Shown piece by piece: positions 1 through 12,261 of a stretch of 64,000 nucleotides of DNA. The DNA is from Leucoraja erinacea. Taxonomy: Eukaryota. Position 1 is the first letter of the stretch. Each line of letters opens with the position of its first letter. The notes under the pieces are model-generated. The model ran no database searches. It had not been told where the DNA came from and saw only the letters and a program-made list of their open reading frames with translations. The stretch is taken from contig NC_073387.1 of the NCBI RefSeq assembly GCF_028641065.1, positions 38,130,001 to 38,194,000 of the forward strand, read 5' to 3'. Both the position numbers and the translations under genes were made by a program.

Positions 1-1367
1 CTTTTCCACTGGCCCTGCCCGTCAGCTGCGTCACAATAATGGTACAATGGGATCCCGAATTTCATTAACATAAGAAACCGTGATTTTCTAATAAAATCCG
101 TTGTAATCAAATTCTTCCTTTTTCATTAACAGCTGACATCGTGTTTGGTTTTTTTAAAAAGAAAAAACATCATTTTTATTGAGTATTCCATTAACAAAAA
201 AAAAAATCATGATTTTCATTTGGGGGGGGGGGGGGGGGGGTTTCATTTTTCAAAAAATCATTCCGATTTTCATTGTGGAGGGGTGGGGATAGGGGCAGGT
301 GAGGAGTGGGGGAGCAGGGGGATAGTGGGAGTGGAGGGGGTAGGGAGGGGAGAGGGGTTATGGAGGGAGGGAGGGAGGGAGGGAGGGAGGGAGTCACTGA
401 GGGTATCCACGTGTGCGGATTTTGAAATAACTAAAAGTCTCCCCGCGTGTGCGGGATTTGAAATGACCGCGGCTCTGAGACTGGGGAGACGTCTGAGGGC
501 GGCGGTGCTGGGAGGGAGAGGAGCGGGTCCTGGGGTAAGGACTAGGACGCCGCCTCGGCCTCTCTGCCCCCACGCCACTCGGCCCTTCCCCCCCTGACAG
601 GTCCCACCTCAAGTACAACTTAATCGCCGATGTCACGGAGAAAACGGGGCTGGCGGTGGTTTACATCAGATCCTGGGGAGGCGAGGAGAGAGAGTGAGGG
701 GATTGAGGGAGAGGAAAGTGGAGGAGGTGAGGATGGTGAGTGGGGGATAGAGAGGGAGAGGAGGGGCAGAGTGGGGGAGTGGAGGAGGGGCGGAGTGGGG
801 GCTAGAGGGAGCCGTGGCAGTGAGGGATGCGAGGAGGGAGTGTGGAGGGATGAGATAGGGGGGAGGCGAGCAGTGGGGAGGAAGAGGATAGAGGGAGAGA
901 AGGGAGTACGGTGGGGAGATGGGTTATGGAGGGAAGGAGGGTGACTGCGGGCAGGGGAAAGGAGTGGGAGGGAGAGGTGGAGGGGAGGAGGAAAGGGGAT
1001 AGAGGGAGGGTGAAGAGGAGGGGGAGGGAGGAGTGCTGGGGGATGAGGGGGAATGGAGGACGGGAGGGGTAGGAAGAGGGATGGTAGGGTAATGGAGGGG
1101 AGGGGGGAAAAGAGAGGCGGGGAGGGAGGGGTGAGGGGTGGAAGCAGATGAGAGTTTGTGAAGGGTGGGGAGAGGGAGGATAATGGAGGAGGGGAATAGG
1201 GGACTGAAGAGGGAGAGTGAGATGTGTTCACATTTATCTTATAATTTTACAAGTTATTGCCATTTTAAACTTTAAAAACGTCAGCCACGCCTGCGCAGCT
1301 GGGAGATGTGGGAGTGGTGGAATATTGCGCTGGGGGAATGGGACCCAACGGGTCCGCACATGTCTAG
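1..1367 (+). mobile_element. Non-autonomous Helitron-like element, 3' part (5' end outside window)
   Basis: Ends in hairpin GGACCC-aac-GGGTCC (1341-1355), 8 nt, then CTAG (1364-1367) followed by T. Internal segments (13-150, 1280-1367) match the reverse complement of the element at 25679-26963. Purine-rich low-complexity interior. Confidence 0.75.
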
Positions 1368-1502
1368 TATTACATGAAAAACAGGAAAATAACCTGGAAA
1401 TTTGGAGACATTCAGTTTCACTACTGAGTGCTGTATTTATGGAAACACCCATATCTGAAATTAAGAATATCCAAGAATTAAAATTCTGATAGCAATACAA
1501 AC

Positions 1503-1551
1503 CATTAATGACATGTGGGTTAATAACAACCTTCTCTCTAACTTCCATTTT
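1503..1551 (-). CDS. NOP16: NOP16 coding exon 3 (KMEVREKVVINPHVIN, ends phase 1)
   Basis: tttttcag acceptor and gtttgt donor. In frame with exon 2. Resembles vertebrate NOP16 'AMEV...VRKPYVLN'. Confidence 0.8.
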
Positions 1552-2436
1552 CTGAAAAACAAATTAAACCATAATAAGTTAATTTTATCATAATGGCAAT
1601 TTAGCAAAATGCTGACTGAAGACTAAAATGTTGCGTCACATTCTTCCCAATTCATTCCCGTCCCACTTTGGTAAAGAAATATTTCAAAATATTTTGATGA
1701 AACTTATTTTGCTGCTGTATTCTCAATGTTACCCACTTATTGCCTCCCGAACACTGAATGCCATGTACATTACAAGATGCAGAGCAATAGGCCAAATATC
1801 AACTCAAACATCCGCTGCACTGACCAAAAGGGAATAATTTCACTAGATAAAAAATATTATCAAGCATTCCACATCACTAACATCCACTGGATATTTTATT
1901 ATTCTTTGTTTTTATTTTTATTTTTTAAATTTTTTAATTTTATTAGAAGCAATGTACCTACATCTTAATCATAACATGCAACATATTACATTTCTTGTAC
2001 AACTTCTTTTTTTAAAACTTTAACCTATAATAGAAAAAGAGAAAAGAAAAAATAGAAAGAAGAGTGAGGATAGTAGTGGAGTGTAGTCCGCAGTAGTTGG
2101 AGTTAAGTGAATGATAATGGTTAAGTAGGCTGCGTGCTTGAAAATGTGAAAAAAGAAGGAAAAAAAAAAATCTCCACTGAAAAGGAGGTAAAGCAAGAAG
2201 GAAAAGGAATGTGTCAAATTCGATTCACACCCATCACCTAGTTCTAAAAGAATTATTTTCCAGGGTTGTGTTGCACCATATTACACCTGTAACAAATCAA
2301 TGAAAGGTGACCATATTCTTAAGAATTGCTCTTTTTATTATTCTTTGGAGATGGAATAACTCCAATTATAACAAGTAGATACAAACTGAAGATGCCAGAA
2401 TTTTGAGCAGAAAGCAAAGTGTTGGAAGAAAGGAGG

Positions 2437-3240
2437 GACAAAGTGTTAGTCCCCTTGTCCTCACCTTCCACCCCATCAGCCGTCGCATACAGCATATAAT
2501 CCGCCAACATTTTCACCACCAACGGGATCCCACTACTGGCCACATCACCCCATCTTCACCACTTTCTGCTTTCCGCAGAGACCGTTGCCTCCGAAACGCC
2601 CTGGTCAACTCGTCCCTTCCGTCCCAAACCACCCCCTCCCCAGGTACTTTCCCCTGCAACCGCAGGAAATCCAACACCTGACCCTTTACCTCCCCCCTTG
2701 ACTCCATCTTAGGACCCAGTCTTTCCAGGTGGCAGAGGTTCATTTGCACCTCCTCCAACCTCATCTACTGTATCCGCTGTTCCAGGTTTCAACTTCTCTA
2801 TATCGGCGAGACCAAGCGCAGGCTCGGCGATCGTTTCACTGAACACCTCCGCTCAGTCCATCTTAACCTACCTGATCTCCCAATGTCTCAGCGCTTCAAC
2901 TCCCCCTCCCATTCCCAATCTGACCTTTCTGCCCAGTGCAAATTGGGGGAAATAGCACCACATATTTTACTATGGTAGTTTACACCCCAGTGGTATGAAC
3001 ATTGACTTCTCTAACTTCAGATAGCCCTTGCTTTCTCTCTCCATCCCCTTCCCAGTTCTCCCACCAGTCTTACTGTCTCCGACTACATTCTATGTTTATC
3101 CTGCCGTCTCCCCTGACATCACTGAAGAAGGGCCTCAACCCAAAAAGTCGCCCATTCCTTCTCTCCAAAGATGCTGCCTCACCCACTGAGTCACTCCTAC
3201 CTTTGATTTAAACCAGCATCTGCAGTTCTTTCTTACACAA
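2437..3240 (+). mobile_element. Penelope-like retroelement 3' fragment (GIY-YIG endonuclease region plus terminal repeat)
   Basis: About 2756-2860 translates NLIYCIRCSRFQLLYIGETKRRLGDRFTEHLRSV (GIY-YIG signature). Followed by the terminal repeat with a degenerate hammerhead core ctgaagaagggcctcaacccaaaaagtc at 3122. Confidence 0.85.
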
Positions 3241-3508
3241 AGTGTTAGAGGACCTCAGCAGGTCACACAATATCTGTGGAGGGAATGGATAGATGATGTT
3301 TGTCGGGTCAGGCCCCTTCTTCAGACTGATAGGAGTGAGTGGAGAAAGCTGGAAAAGATATGTGGGAGTGGGATAAAGCCTGGCAGTGATAGTGGTGGTG
3401 GGTGTAAGGGGGTGATTGACAGATGGGTGGATTATGTTGCAAAGGCCAGAGATGAAAAGGAGACTAAATAAGGTTAGTTAAAGAAAGAAGAGGAATGGAA
3501 TGTAAAGC
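3241..3508 (-). mobile_element. Inverted Penelope terminal repeat, interrupted by the element at 3509-6916 and resuming at about 6917-6960
   Basis: Reverse complement reads tcagtctgaagaaggggcctgacccgac...ccattccctcc, tail-to-tail with the preceding copy. The flanks tgtaaagc / cagagggtggga rejoin across the insertion. Confidence 0.7.
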
Positions 3509-3906
3509 CAGGGCTCGAAATTAACGGTTGCCCGGGTGCCAATGACCACTCAAAGTGCTGCCGGGCAACCTAAACGACGAGTCATTTTGCCCGGCTTGGC
3601 AACTTGGTTTATACCGAAGATAGACACAAAAAACTGGAGTAACTCCGCGGGTCCGGCAACATCTCTGGAGAAAAGGAACGCGACGTTTTGTGTCGGCGAC
3701 GGTTGTGGGAAAGATGCTAAGTGTGGCGTGACGGAGGGTCGGAGCTAAAGATGGGCAGCAGCGGCGGCGGCGACGGCGCCATCTACTCCTCCTCCCGCAC
3801 CCCGCCCCGCCCGGCTTGTTAGCGGCAGCTGCTGCCACTCTGCCAACGGCGCTTTCAAAACAGACCCTTGGAGGAGGGAGGTGTCGGTCAGAGGCGGAAG
3901 TAGAGT

Positions 3907-4925
3907 AGGTATGTTACAAAACTTACCTTCAGCGGCGCTGTAATTCTGCCACTGGCCGTCTGCGCGATTTTGGCGCTTTTGAGAGGCGGGCAGGGTTAAA
4001 ATGGGTTTTTTCCCCGACCTGGTCCTGAATTATATTTGTTGGAGTGCAAGATTTTGCTAAAGAATCGTTCCTACGGCCGTTCTGTGTGTTTTAAAAAAAA
4101 AATTCACCCGACAAGTTAATCGCTGGAATGATTTTAAAAGCAGCTTCTGAAGCCGTCAATGCCGACAACTGGGACGGATTTTATGCAGGACCAGGTAAAA
4201 GAAAGTAGTTTATTTTTATGTATAAAAGTGTTGCTTAAGATGTATTTAATTCACATTTTACGTTGCGAAACGGTGATTTTTCCCCCCGAAGAACCGGCAG
4301 TGTATTTGCTGCAGATATGGGGGTATAAATTCACCGTATCTGAACGTTCTAAATGGTCCCGTTCCAGTAAAACCCACTCGCAAGCTGATTTATTATTAAT
4401 TTACAGGTATTAAACATTATATTCCTTCCATTTGGCCTATAAACCCATGACAATGAGATTTAAAAATTATGTTATATTCTGAATTATTGTGTGAATGTTA
4501 TTTGGACACTTAGGCTATTTAAAAATGTTAATCTATTCTTAAGAAATGGATAGATGTTTAGATCTAGTAATTGAATTTTGTAATTAGCTACAATTAGGTA
4601 ACTAACTAATTATATGCTTTAATTTTAAGTCATCGAAGTAAGATTGTTTTATATTTGTTTCAGAATGCTTCAATCTACAATAACTGAAAATTTCTTTCAG
4701 TTCACTTATATTTTAAGAAAGTTTAAGCCTTTAAATGTTCTCGATCACAGCTTTTGTGTTAAGTCAATGAAAAAGCAATAGGGAACAAGATGCCAATTTC
4801 CGAGTATGAAAATGGCCATAACTTTTTTAATACTGAAGATATGAAAGTGAATTAGGTGTCAAATTAATCTGATGGGATAAATTAAAGACTTGGTTTTTAA
4901 AATCTCAAAATTTTGTAACATTGCT
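3907..4925. mobile_element. Nested non-autonomous TIR DNA element (unclassified), apparent 4-bp TSD GAGT
   Basis: Imperfect TIR aggtatgttacaaaa / ttttgtaacattgct. gagt at 3903-3906 and 4926-4929. Right arm matches the reverse complement of 12845-13215. Confidence 0.7.
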
Positions 4926-4931
4926 GAGTAA

Positions 4932-4969
<38 letters not shown>

Positions 4970-5509
4970 GATTGGAGGAGGGAGACGAGCCAAAACACTC
5001 TCGACAGACCTGCACCGCAGCTAGGACCGATCCCGGTCTCCGGCGCTGCAATCGCTGCCGAACCGCCACTGGACCATCCCCGCCCGAGAGCCTCCACACA
5101 CCCGGGGATGGCCAGAGGCGTCGGGAGTCAGATGGGCGCGGCGCCCCCAGCCAGCGCAGAGAAGCAGCGTTAAACCCAGCTCACTCTGCCTGTCCCGCCA
5201 GGTTAACCAACAGCCATGTCTGGATTGACACAGGGCTGTAGGCGAGACAGGCACAGTTGGACTGCATTTAGCGCTGGATTGAGCTGAAATTACCGTTCAC
5301 AGAAGCCTCCGAAGCCTCGCGCGTGTGTGAGTGTGCGCATGCACGCGCGGCCGCCAAGATATTCTGTCCGCGGTCCCCTCCATATTTTGGTTGCGATTTA
5401 TGTGCCTGACAGGTGTTGTCCGAGGAGCGTTGGCCTTCCTTCCCACCTCCTCTGCCCCTTCCTCTCTCTCTCTCTCTCTCATACGCCGCCCTCCACTCCC
5501 CTTATCCTG

Positions 5510-5870
5510 AGACCCCTCCTCTCCATCCCGCACTGATCCCCATTCCTGTCTCTATTCAGTCCTCACTGACATCCCCTGTGCTCCCCACTCCTCCCCCCCA
5601 TCTATTCATCCTGCACTGATCTCCCTAGCCACCTCGCATTGATTCTCCTGCCACTCCCCATCAATCCTACACTGGTCCCCCAATTCATCCTGTGCTGACC
5701 CCCTTCCCATCCATCCTGCACTGCTCCCCCCATCCATCCTGCACAGATCCCCCCCCCCATTCAACCTCACTGACATCCCCCGCGCTCTCCCCTCATAATT
5801 TTACCTACTCCAACCAACACTCACTAATTTCCCTGGCTCAAGCCATCCAATCCACACCGATTCATACACT
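5510..5870. repeat. Degenerate C-rich minisatellite (core catcctgcactgatcccc) inside the hAT-like element
   Basis: Repeated imperfect units catcc(t/c)gcactg(a/c)tcccc visible by eye. Confidence 0.6.
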
Positions 5871-7035
5871 CCCCCCCCCCCCCCCCCCCCCCCCCACCCT
5901 ATTGTGCTGGAAATGTCTTCAGAGCTAACATTAACTATGTTGATAATGGAATGCAATCAAATATGTTTTAATTCCCAATGTTATTATTTGTTTTAATCCA
6001 TAAAGATGGATTCATTAGATTTTGAACACGTGAAACATTAAAACCGCAGTGTATTACAGAATTCATTTTAATGGCAAATCAATGATCAGGAGATATTTCA
6101 GTTGAAATTTTAACGTTAATTCTGAAGTGGGAATGATGGAAAAAGCGTTTATCAACAATTTTTTTTTAAATGGTGCTTACAAACTGGGTATCTTCATTGC
6201 CACATACATCTAATCTGAATGTCTGGTAATGAGGCGTCTTGACACCTTTAAATATATTACCAAACATTTGCTGCATTTATGTCCTTTGGCCTTCTCTTGT
6301 TAGTTAGTGAAATGTTTAACCTGCCAGATGGGTATAGTCAGTTTTGTCAGCTATTATCATAAAATGCCTTTAGAAAATTCCTTGCAACCTGTATATTTTG
6401 TTGTGGATAAATTATGTGGGAAGCGAGAGTGTTTCTGTACCAATAGCAATAACGACTCATGCTATGGCCATGTCATGATAATGTTCGGTCCTTCACAGAA
6501 AACATGCTTGTAGTGTGCATGGTTAAGCATATATGTTATCAATGTCCAGGATTTATTGACACAGGTTGATCATACGCTGAATAATCCAACCACATTTTTG
6601 TTTGGAAGTGGAAAGAAAGAATAAAAGTTGCATTAATTGCAATGTGTAAAAATAGTTGAGATACCGTATTATAATGTTGCTGTGTGTCATTGTGGTATAT
6701 ATCATGTCTTGATTGGTGAATATGTTAGTTTGTGACTTTATTTGAAGCAGAAATAATATGTGAATGCATAATTCCGACTGATAACTATGCACTTCGCCCG
6801 AGCATGCGTCATGCAAGCCATCTTAAATGACCACCTAAAATGTCATTTGGCAACCTAAAAAGCTGCCAAGGTTGCCCGGCTGGCAACAGGGAAAAAAAAG
6901 TTAAGCGAGAGCCCTGAAAGCCAGAGGGTGGGATATGGGGGAAGTGGAAAGAGGGAGGATATCGACCTGATTTATTTACATTACAAGAAAATGGATAAGA
7001 TTTTGATATTAATATGAAACCCCAGTAGCACATAC

Positions 7036-7144
7036 CTTGACTTTCTGAATGGGAAGTGTGCGGTTTGGATCAGACGCCAAACCCATTTCAGCTAGATTTT
7101 GAGCAACTGATTTTCTGTTGTTCCACGCATTTCTTATCTGTGCA
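7036..7144 (-). CDS. NOP16: NOP16 coding exon 2 (AQIRNAWNNRKSVAQNLAEMGLASDPNRTLPIQKVK)
   Basis: tttttaaag acceptor and gtatgt donor, 109 nt. Matches NOP16 'IRHAWDHAKSVRQNLAEMGLAVDPNRAVP'. Confidence 0.95.
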
Positions 7145-7896
7145 CTTTAAAAAGCAAAATTAATATTCAAGTCAACTATTGCTCAGTTAAACTTTCTTCT
7201 AAACTCATCATCAGCAAAACACTGTAAACATATTTGGGAACACCCCCACAGAATACCTCTTGTTGCAACCATTTAAAAAAAAATTAAAACATGCTCCATT
7301 CTTAAGTACAGAAAGTACCCTACTTCTCAACTTTATAGAACAAATGGAAAATCAAAATTATAAAGGTGCTGGAACAAAGATGAAATGCTAGACATGCTCA
7401 TCAGGTGAAATCAGACCCATTTATCTCTCTGCACAAATGAAAGAGCATTTAAAACAAAAATGTTTAAGAATAACTTAACGTACAAAATATGGCGGGGTTG
7501 GGGGGGAGGGGAGAGCAAACTAAGGGAAACCTTGACAGTGCAGACAGTGATGGCGCATGATAGACGAGGTAAAATAAACTAAAGGCTGGGTATACCAGAA
7601 GAGGTGCAGATAAGAATAGAAGTTTAATCATACATTATTACAGTCAACTATTCATATTTTGCAAAGAAATGGCAGTTTACCACAATGCACATGAAATACA
7701 AGTGTTGAACCTCCTAGCCATTCTTCGACCATCTTTTCTGAAATGTGTACCAAAGTTGGTCTCCTTATGGAGTCTAGCAGTGAAGTTAAGTTGCACTGGA
7801 AAAACAACTTGAATCTCATATCCAAGCATCCACACTCACTTGAAGAGGAACAATGTAAAAACAAAGAACTACTGATTCTGATTAATACTCAATGGG

Positions 7897-8100
7897 ACAC
7901 ATAGTGCTGAAGTAACTCAGCATATCAGGCAGCTTCCCTACAGAACATGGATAGGTGATGTTTCAGGTCAAGATCCTTCATCAGACTACGTTTCGGGTAG
8001 AGACCCTTCTTCATGCTGAAGAAGAGTCTGGACCCAAAACGTCATCTATTCCTGTTCTCCAAAGATGCTGCCTGATTTGCTGAGCTTCCAGCACTTTGCA
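7897..8100. mobile_element. Palindromic (head-to-head) Penelope-derived terminal-repeat unit with three hammerhead-like cores
   Basis: Left arm is the reverse complement of the right arm. Minus-strand cores at about 7958-7984 and 7988-8013, plus-strand core ctgaagaagagtctggacccaaaacgtc at 8016. Confidence 0.75.
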
Positions 8101-8322
8101 AAGAACCAAAAAACAAAATTGAATATAAAGAGTAATTTGAATGGAATCTAGTATAATCAGTGACCACGTTCCAAAAGTGCTTCATTGTCTGTAAAGCACT
8201 TGGAGAAACCCTAGATATGAAGTTATATAAATGTGAGCTTGCAACATTAAAGACCCTTTATGACATCTGATTATACAATCTATACTACTATCTGAATAGT
8301 ATCCCCACACCTGAAACCATGC

Positions 8323-9807
8323 CAGGCATGTGCTGTCAGGGTAGGCAAGGTAGGCACTGCCTACCCTGACTAAAATTATGACATGGTAATCATTAAATAT
8401 AAATAGTAAAGGCATGGGAGAATTATGCCTATCTAAGAGATCGATCTCTTCGGTAGGCATAATTCTCTGTGCCTTTCAACCGCAGCACTTGTAACATGTG
8501 AAGGTCTGTGCAGCCCACGTGCCATCCGCGCTGCTTGAAGCCGTCAATTTCAAGCGGAGCTGAAGGCAGCTGAAATTCTGCCTTTGCTGTACTGCTGCGC
8601 AGCAGCCTACTGCGCATGCGCAGCGCAAGTTTCTTGGCGGGTTTTTCAAATATGGATTGCCATTATCTGAAGGGTATGTTAGGAAGCAAAGAGAGAAGAA
8701 TGGAGTTTGTGTACCAATACCGTGGTAAGTACATTTCTTGGTACTTTATGGTTTTAAATACTGTATGTCCCGGGGTGGGGGTGAAGAGCCTCCTTTCACA
8801 GTGTTTGAGGAGTCTGGCCCGGGGTAAAGTTGTGGGGAAGGCAGGAGCGTTGTGAAGGAGGGGATCGGGACCAGTAACCCGCTTGCGACGCTCCGGGCAC
8901 GGAGCCACTGCATTGTGGCCGTGGAGTGAATTAGATCGGGTGGCTGCTGCAGCGCTCCGGGCACGGACAGCAGAACTGGCTGCCACTTCAGCCCCTTCTG
9001 CTGGTCCCCACTCACCTCTGGCAGTGCTCTCCGTCTCAACACCTCTCTCCTGCCGCTCGCCGGCCGGCTTCCCGCAAATCCTTAAATTCCAACAGCACGT
9101 TCAAGGGACCAATTGAGGTTACTCGGCTGTGGGAATTTAAGGATTTGCGGGAAGCAGCTGACATGAGTGAAGCCCGTAAGCGGCAGGTGAGAGGTGTTCA
9201 GTCGGAGAGCACTTCCAGAGGTGAGCGGGCCGGCAGAAGGCACTGAAGTGGCAGCCGGTTCTGCTGTCGGGTCCCGGCGGCCGCTCGCAGTCACCTGACC
9301 TGCTTCCTTCCCCGGAAGTGGCGGCCAGTTTTGCTGTCCGTGCCCGGAGCGCTGCGGCAACGGTGAATGAGTCTGTTATGATATCCGACCCCCTCCTTCT
9401 CAACATGCTGCCCTCCCCGCATCTTTAACCCCTGGCACAGACTCTCCACACGCTGTGAAAGGAACTCTCCCTCCAATTGGTCCCTTGAATTAGTAATAAT
9501 AATAATAAATACTTTATTGATCCCCTCAGGGAAATTCAGATGTCATGGTTTTGTCATTCAATAAACAGATTCAACGTCCTGGTGTGCTCCCGTTTTTCCC
9601 ACCATCTCTCCACCTGCCTTCATCCTCCGTCCCCCACCCATTCAGTAATTAAAAATGAAGGAAATTTAGAAGCCTTGGGCAAATTAAATTGCTACTTATT
9701 TTTATTTTTTTATTTTTAAGGAGAGAACAATCTGCGCATGCGCGGTTTAGGATTTTTTTTTTAAAGCCACCTGCCTACCTTGAGTAATTACTCACGGCAC
9801 GTGCCTG
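8323..9807. mobile_element. Non-autonomous hAT DNA transposon, 8-bp TSD AACCATGC
   Basis: TIR caggcatgtgctgtcag / reverse complement caggcacgtgccgtgag. Perfect aaccatgc at 8315-8322 and 9808-9815. CpG-rich interior. Confidence 0.9.
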
Positions 9808-10539
9808 AACCATGCTGTATGAACACCTGGTAATTATTCCATAAATATCCTGTAGTGTTCTGCAGCAGGGAACCATATTTTTGTTACCATCCCAATCCAA
9901 TTATGTAACACTTACACTTTTCTTACATCTTAGCTTGTCACTCAGGGTCAAAGATTACTTGTTTCCACTATTCAGTTTCGCAGGTTCTGAGGAGACTGCA
10001 GAGGCCAACTTACGAGCTCATGGTCCCTACCAGTGAAAGTGTAGGCTCATGCAAAGAGCAGGTGAATAGTTTATAGGGGCAAGGTACGCTACTTTTTACA
10101 CTATATTTCCAATGTCAGTGCGCCCTGAATGTCTTTATACATGGTGGATAATTATGAGCCAGTGCTCCAAGATGCATGTTGAGGTATTGCACTCTCCTCC
10201 CTACTCTGCCCTCTGGCAAGGAGACTTTAAGAACATCTGAATCATTTTCCCTCCAATCATTTTTACAGAACTCTGAAACAAAAGTGTGTTTCAGGAGCAC
10301 AAAAATGATGCAATCAACACAACACATTACTGCAATTAAGACCCCAATGCTGGGGCTGTAAGTTTGCTTATCCTATCAGTGGATTTGGAACATTTTGCAA
10401 AGACAAGCATAGATACTATCTCTCTAGTGCCGTGGTGCTTGCGGTAGATAGACTGAATCGTAAATCACTACTATCCAGGAAATAATTGGTATTTTTGCCA
10501 GGTTTAAGCTCTTTATCTTCAAGCACCCTTTATCTCAAC

Positions 10540-10960
10540 TCGCCAAAGGCAATGATTGGCAGCTGGCAGCTTATAACCCAACTGTATGAATATAGTTACT
10601 TGAACTTCAAGTAACTCTGCATCCCCTCTCTCTCCATCCCTCCCCCACCTTAGTTGTCGTACCAATTTTATTGTCATCCTGTTGAGTTCCTCTGTCTGTA
10701 TACTCATTATCACCTATTCCATAGCTAACAATGGCCTATTGCATGCCCCATATTTCCTTGATTATCATTGCATTTTTGCATATCTTCCATTCATTTCTCG
10801 TGAGCATTGTCTAGATCTCTTGTTCCCCTGTCCCCTGATATTCGTAGTCTGAAGAAGAGTGCCGACCCAAAACGTCATCCATTCCTTTTCTCTAGAGATG
10901 CTGCCTGGCCTGTTGAGTTACTCCAGCCTTTTGTGTCTGTCCTCCAGCACTTTGTTTTGT
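10540..10960 (+). mobile_element. Penelope-like 3' end / terminal repeat fragment
   Basis: Same 3' sequence as about 2960-3240. Core tctgaagaagagtgccgacccaaaacgtca at 10848, then agatgctgcctggcctgttgagttactccagc. Confidence 0.7.
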
Positions 10961-11449
10961 TCATAATCTAAAGGTCTGGACAAACAATCCAGAGACACAC
11001 GTTCAATATTCAACAGCCATAGAATTTAAATTTAAATTTATTCGATTTAAAAAAACGTTCATAATATTGATCACATAAAAGTAATGAATCGCCATATTAA
11101 AACAAAATCGTTTCATTAATGTCCTTCAGGGGGGAAATCTGACATCCTAACTGGAAAGGCATATGTGATATGAGGGATTAGCCATGTGGGTAATCCTTTA
11201 TATTGCCTCTGAAATGCCGCAGAAAGCACACTCGATTGTATCATAACCACGTTGGAACTGAAAAAAAAACAGGAATGCCATCCAGCTAGGGTGGAGAAAA
11301 TTGATTCAAACGCCACAAGGTCCCCACCAGTTGTCCTTTTACATTGCAGTTTCCCCTCACAAACACATGGTGACTGATATTCAAATAGGAAGAACTGTCC
11401 CGCAGGCAGCTCAGGCAATTGCCCGACAGTAAGCACTCCAACAATCGGT

Positions 11450-11613
11450 ATCTACCTTATTGGTGACCTTGGGACTGTATTTGATCGGACTTTATTTTAT
11501 ACTAAACATTATTCCCTGTGTATCTGTGCACTTGAATGACTAGATTGTAATCATATATTATATTTCCGCTGACTGGTTAGCACCTCGGTACACGTGACAA
11601 TAAACTAAACTAA
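11450..11613 (+). mobile_element. LINE (L2/Rex-type) 3' tail fragment
   Basis: Ends ...ggtacacgtgacaataaactaaactaa. The same tail occurs inverted at about 43590. Confidence 0.55.
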
Positions 11614-11823
11614 TCATCTACATTCTACATGGACAAAGTGCTCGACTCGCTTCTACAGTAATATAATGCCAAGTATGTTCTTATCCACAGCCAGAGCGTC
11701 CAGGTGGTACAATGTTGCATGGAGTAGAGAGTAGTGTAACCTGCCCCGCGGACTTGCATAACACGAACTAGTAAAAGCAACCACGTTTTACTCCCCGCGG
11801 TGTAACAGGACGGCAACGCTCAC

Positions 11824-11930
11824 CACTCGATCCGGGGCGCAGCCTTCTTCGCCATCTTCCGCTTCAGCTTTTTCCGATTCGTCGTGTAGTCGAACTTCTT
11901 CCTCCTGTTTGTACCTTTTGCTTTCGGCAT
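11824..11930 (-). CDS. NOP16: NOP16 coding exon 1 (nucleolar protein 16; MPKAKGTNRRKKFDYTTNRKKLKRKMAKKAAPRIEC)
   Basis: ATG at 11930, gtgag donor after 11824, 107 nt. Matches NOP16 N-terminus MPKAKGKTRRQKFGY...KAAPRIEC. Confidence 0.95.
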
Positions 11931-12261
11931 CTTGCAGCGATTTCCAGGCGGGCGACGTCCAACCGACCAACCTTCTCGCACACACCCCAGCAACCGGCGT
12001 GGCGCGGCCTCCGACCCCCGACCCCCGACCTCTAACCGGCGTGGGCGGATCTAGCCGCGGTTGTTGTGAATAATTCCAGCACAAATCGGATATTACACCA
12101 TCCTTTTACAATGCATAGCAAATAATGCTCCGATTGTTATTTTTGTTGTGTTGCCCGGTAGTTATATAAATGGTGCTAGCCCGCCCCCTGAACTATGACT
12201 GGCAATTTGAAGGCCGCTCGGTGCCGCTTCCCGCCCCCTGCTTCTCGGGAGGCGAAAGACG
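11931..12261. promoter_or_regulatory. CpG-rich bidirectional promoter of NOP16 and HIGD2A
   Basis: Divergent ATGs separated by 331 bp. TATATAAA at 12163-12170, GC box cccgccccc at about 12180. Confidence 0.8.

Larger units (their letters stand above)
3509..6916. mobile_element. Non-autonomous hAT-like DNA transposon with apparent 5-bp TSD (AAAGC)
   Basis: Termini CAGGGCTC...GAGCCCTG. Subterminal ttgcccgg / ggcaac repeats at both ends. aaagc at 3504-3508 and 6917-6921. No transposase ORF seen. Confidence 0.8.

Noticed and set aside
145-1231. Long Pro/Ser/Gly-rich ORFs
   Set aside because: Products of purine-rich low-complexity sequence inside a Helitron-like repeat.
1234-1502. Open frame continuing from NOP16 exon 3, and a possible exon at about 1393-1454
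   Set aside because: No NOP16 similarity, it runs into a repeat, and the implied intron would be only 48 nt.
11788-12084. 98-aa ORF overlapping NOP16 exon 1
   Set aside because: Wrong frame; the real NOP16 frame starts at the ATG at 11930.
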